From: a virus
Length of the DNA stretch: 5,221 nucleotides
IMG/VR virus record: IMGVR_UViG_3300020041_000048
Coordinates: 1-5,221 of that record
Direction: 5' to 3' (one strand)
Shown: piece after piece, positions 4,738-5,221 of the stretch
Layout of the letters: every line of letters starts with the position of its first letter
How positions within the stretch are numbered: the stretch's first letter is position 1
The notes under the pieces: model-generated
Seen by the model: only the letters and a program-made list of their open reading frames with translations
Database searches by the model: none
Told to the model about the DNA's origin: nothing
Made by a program: the position numbers and the translations under genes

Positions 4738-5221
4738 TTACAACTCCCTTCTCAAATTTTTTATACGGTTATGGAGCACGCGCTCCTGGGTCTCGAGAAT
4801 TTCTTCGTAAGTCATAGTAGACTGGGCCAGCTTGGCCTTCTTGCCTTCCTCGGCAAAGTGCTTGCGCTTGGCCTTAATCTCAGCCATAAGCTCAGGTTGT
4901 TCCAAATCAAAAAGCTTATCGAAATACTTAGGGGGACGAATCTTGCGGCCACCATCAGGAGTGGAGATAGAAATAGTATCATACTCCATGCACTCGGGAT
5001 GGTCTTCGTACCATTGGCGGCCAATACCAGGACGGCGGGACATATCGACATACTCTGGTTGGATGTTAAACGTCTGGTAGACATCAGCATCGGGACCAGA
5101 GGCTTTCTTGAGGACATACCGGGCAACGTAAGCACAGGTTTCCCAGTTAACCTGACCAACCAAAACATAGCCGATAGGCTTCCGGATGAAAGGGGTGTCA
5201 TACTCCCCTTTCTGTTCTACC
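4738..5221 (-). CDS. VP4: Replication initiation protein VP4, C-terminal portion (same gene as 1..717; 5101-5221 duplicates 1-121). Full CDS is complement(join(4738..5100,1..717)), 359 aa.
   Basis: The track ORF 4738..5163 begins at an internal TTG only because the window ends; the frame is open to 5221 and in phase with 1..717 (717+363 = 1080 nt). Sequence: ...VGQVNWETCAYVARYVLKKASGPDADVYQTFNIQPEYVDMSRRPGIGRQWYEDHPECMEYDTISISTPDGGRKIRPPKYFDKLFDLEQPELMAEIKAKRKHF..., a typical VP4 C-terminal domain (SRRPGIG, PPKYFDK). Confidence 0.9.
   Translation of the reverse strand, partial: VEQKGEYDTPFIRKPIGYVLVGQVNWETCAYVARYVLKKASGPDADVYQTFNIQPEYVDMSRRPGIGRQWYEDHPECMEYDTISISTPDGGRKIRPPKYFDKLFDLEQPELMAEIKAKRKHFAEEGKKAKLAQSTMTYEEILETQERVLHNRIKNLRREL
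5101..5221. repeat. Terminal redundancy, copy 2 (identical to 1-121)
   Basis: Exact 121-nt identity with the window start. Confidence 0.95.

Noticed and set aside
4812-5201. 129-aa same-strand ORF in the +1 frame of Rep, positionally reminiscent of phiX174 gene B inside gene A
   Set aside because: The ATG sits 1 nt after GGGGAG, which is too close for initiation. The product is S/L/P-rich with no recognisable features, and the scaffold function is already covered by VP3. It is probably a compositional artefact.
1-5221. Search for tRNA, rRNA, CRISPR repeats, integrase/transposase, inverted terminal repeats or toxin-antitoxin/defence modules
   Set aside because: No repeat-spacer periodicity or cloverleaf-like segments are visible. 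All coding capacity is accounted for by microvirus genes. The only long repeat is the 121-nt assembly overlap.

Overview
The window is one complete circular ssDNA phage genome of the family Microviridae, with Gokushovirinae-like architecture. It is linearised inside the replication gene. Bases 1-121 are identical to 5101-5221, so the true unit length is 5100 nt. All credible genes lie on the minus strand, so the window shows the complement of the viral/mRNA-sense strand; sense codons are T-rich at position 3, as in phiX174-type phages. Gene order in the direction of transcription (descending coordinates) is: Rep/VP4 (717->1, continuing 5100->4738, 359 aa); a 37-aa arginine-rich DNA-binding peptide absent from the ORF track (4735->4622); a 61-aa acidic orphan ORF (4625->4440); an 89-aa small conserved nonstructural protein (4450->4181); internal scaffold VP3 (4181->3669); major capsid VP1 (3534 or 3606->1843); and pilot/minor capsid VP2 (1831->848). 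Every gene has GGAG(G) 7-9 nt upstream of its start, and several junctions overlap, consistent with translational coupling. Only two non-coding stretches exist. The first (718-847) holds a perfect 13-bp hairpin whose loop carries a phiX174-origin-like CTTGATAT. The second (3535-3668) holds two GC-rich hairpins. There are no tRNA, rRNA, CRISPR, integrase or transposase signals. I see no cellular defence or accessory system. The points worth a second look are the candidate origin, the small overlapping genes, the non-ATG starts, the hendecad repeat in VP2, the stop-free antisense frame, and hydrophobic +1-frame ORFs as possible lysis-gene candidates.
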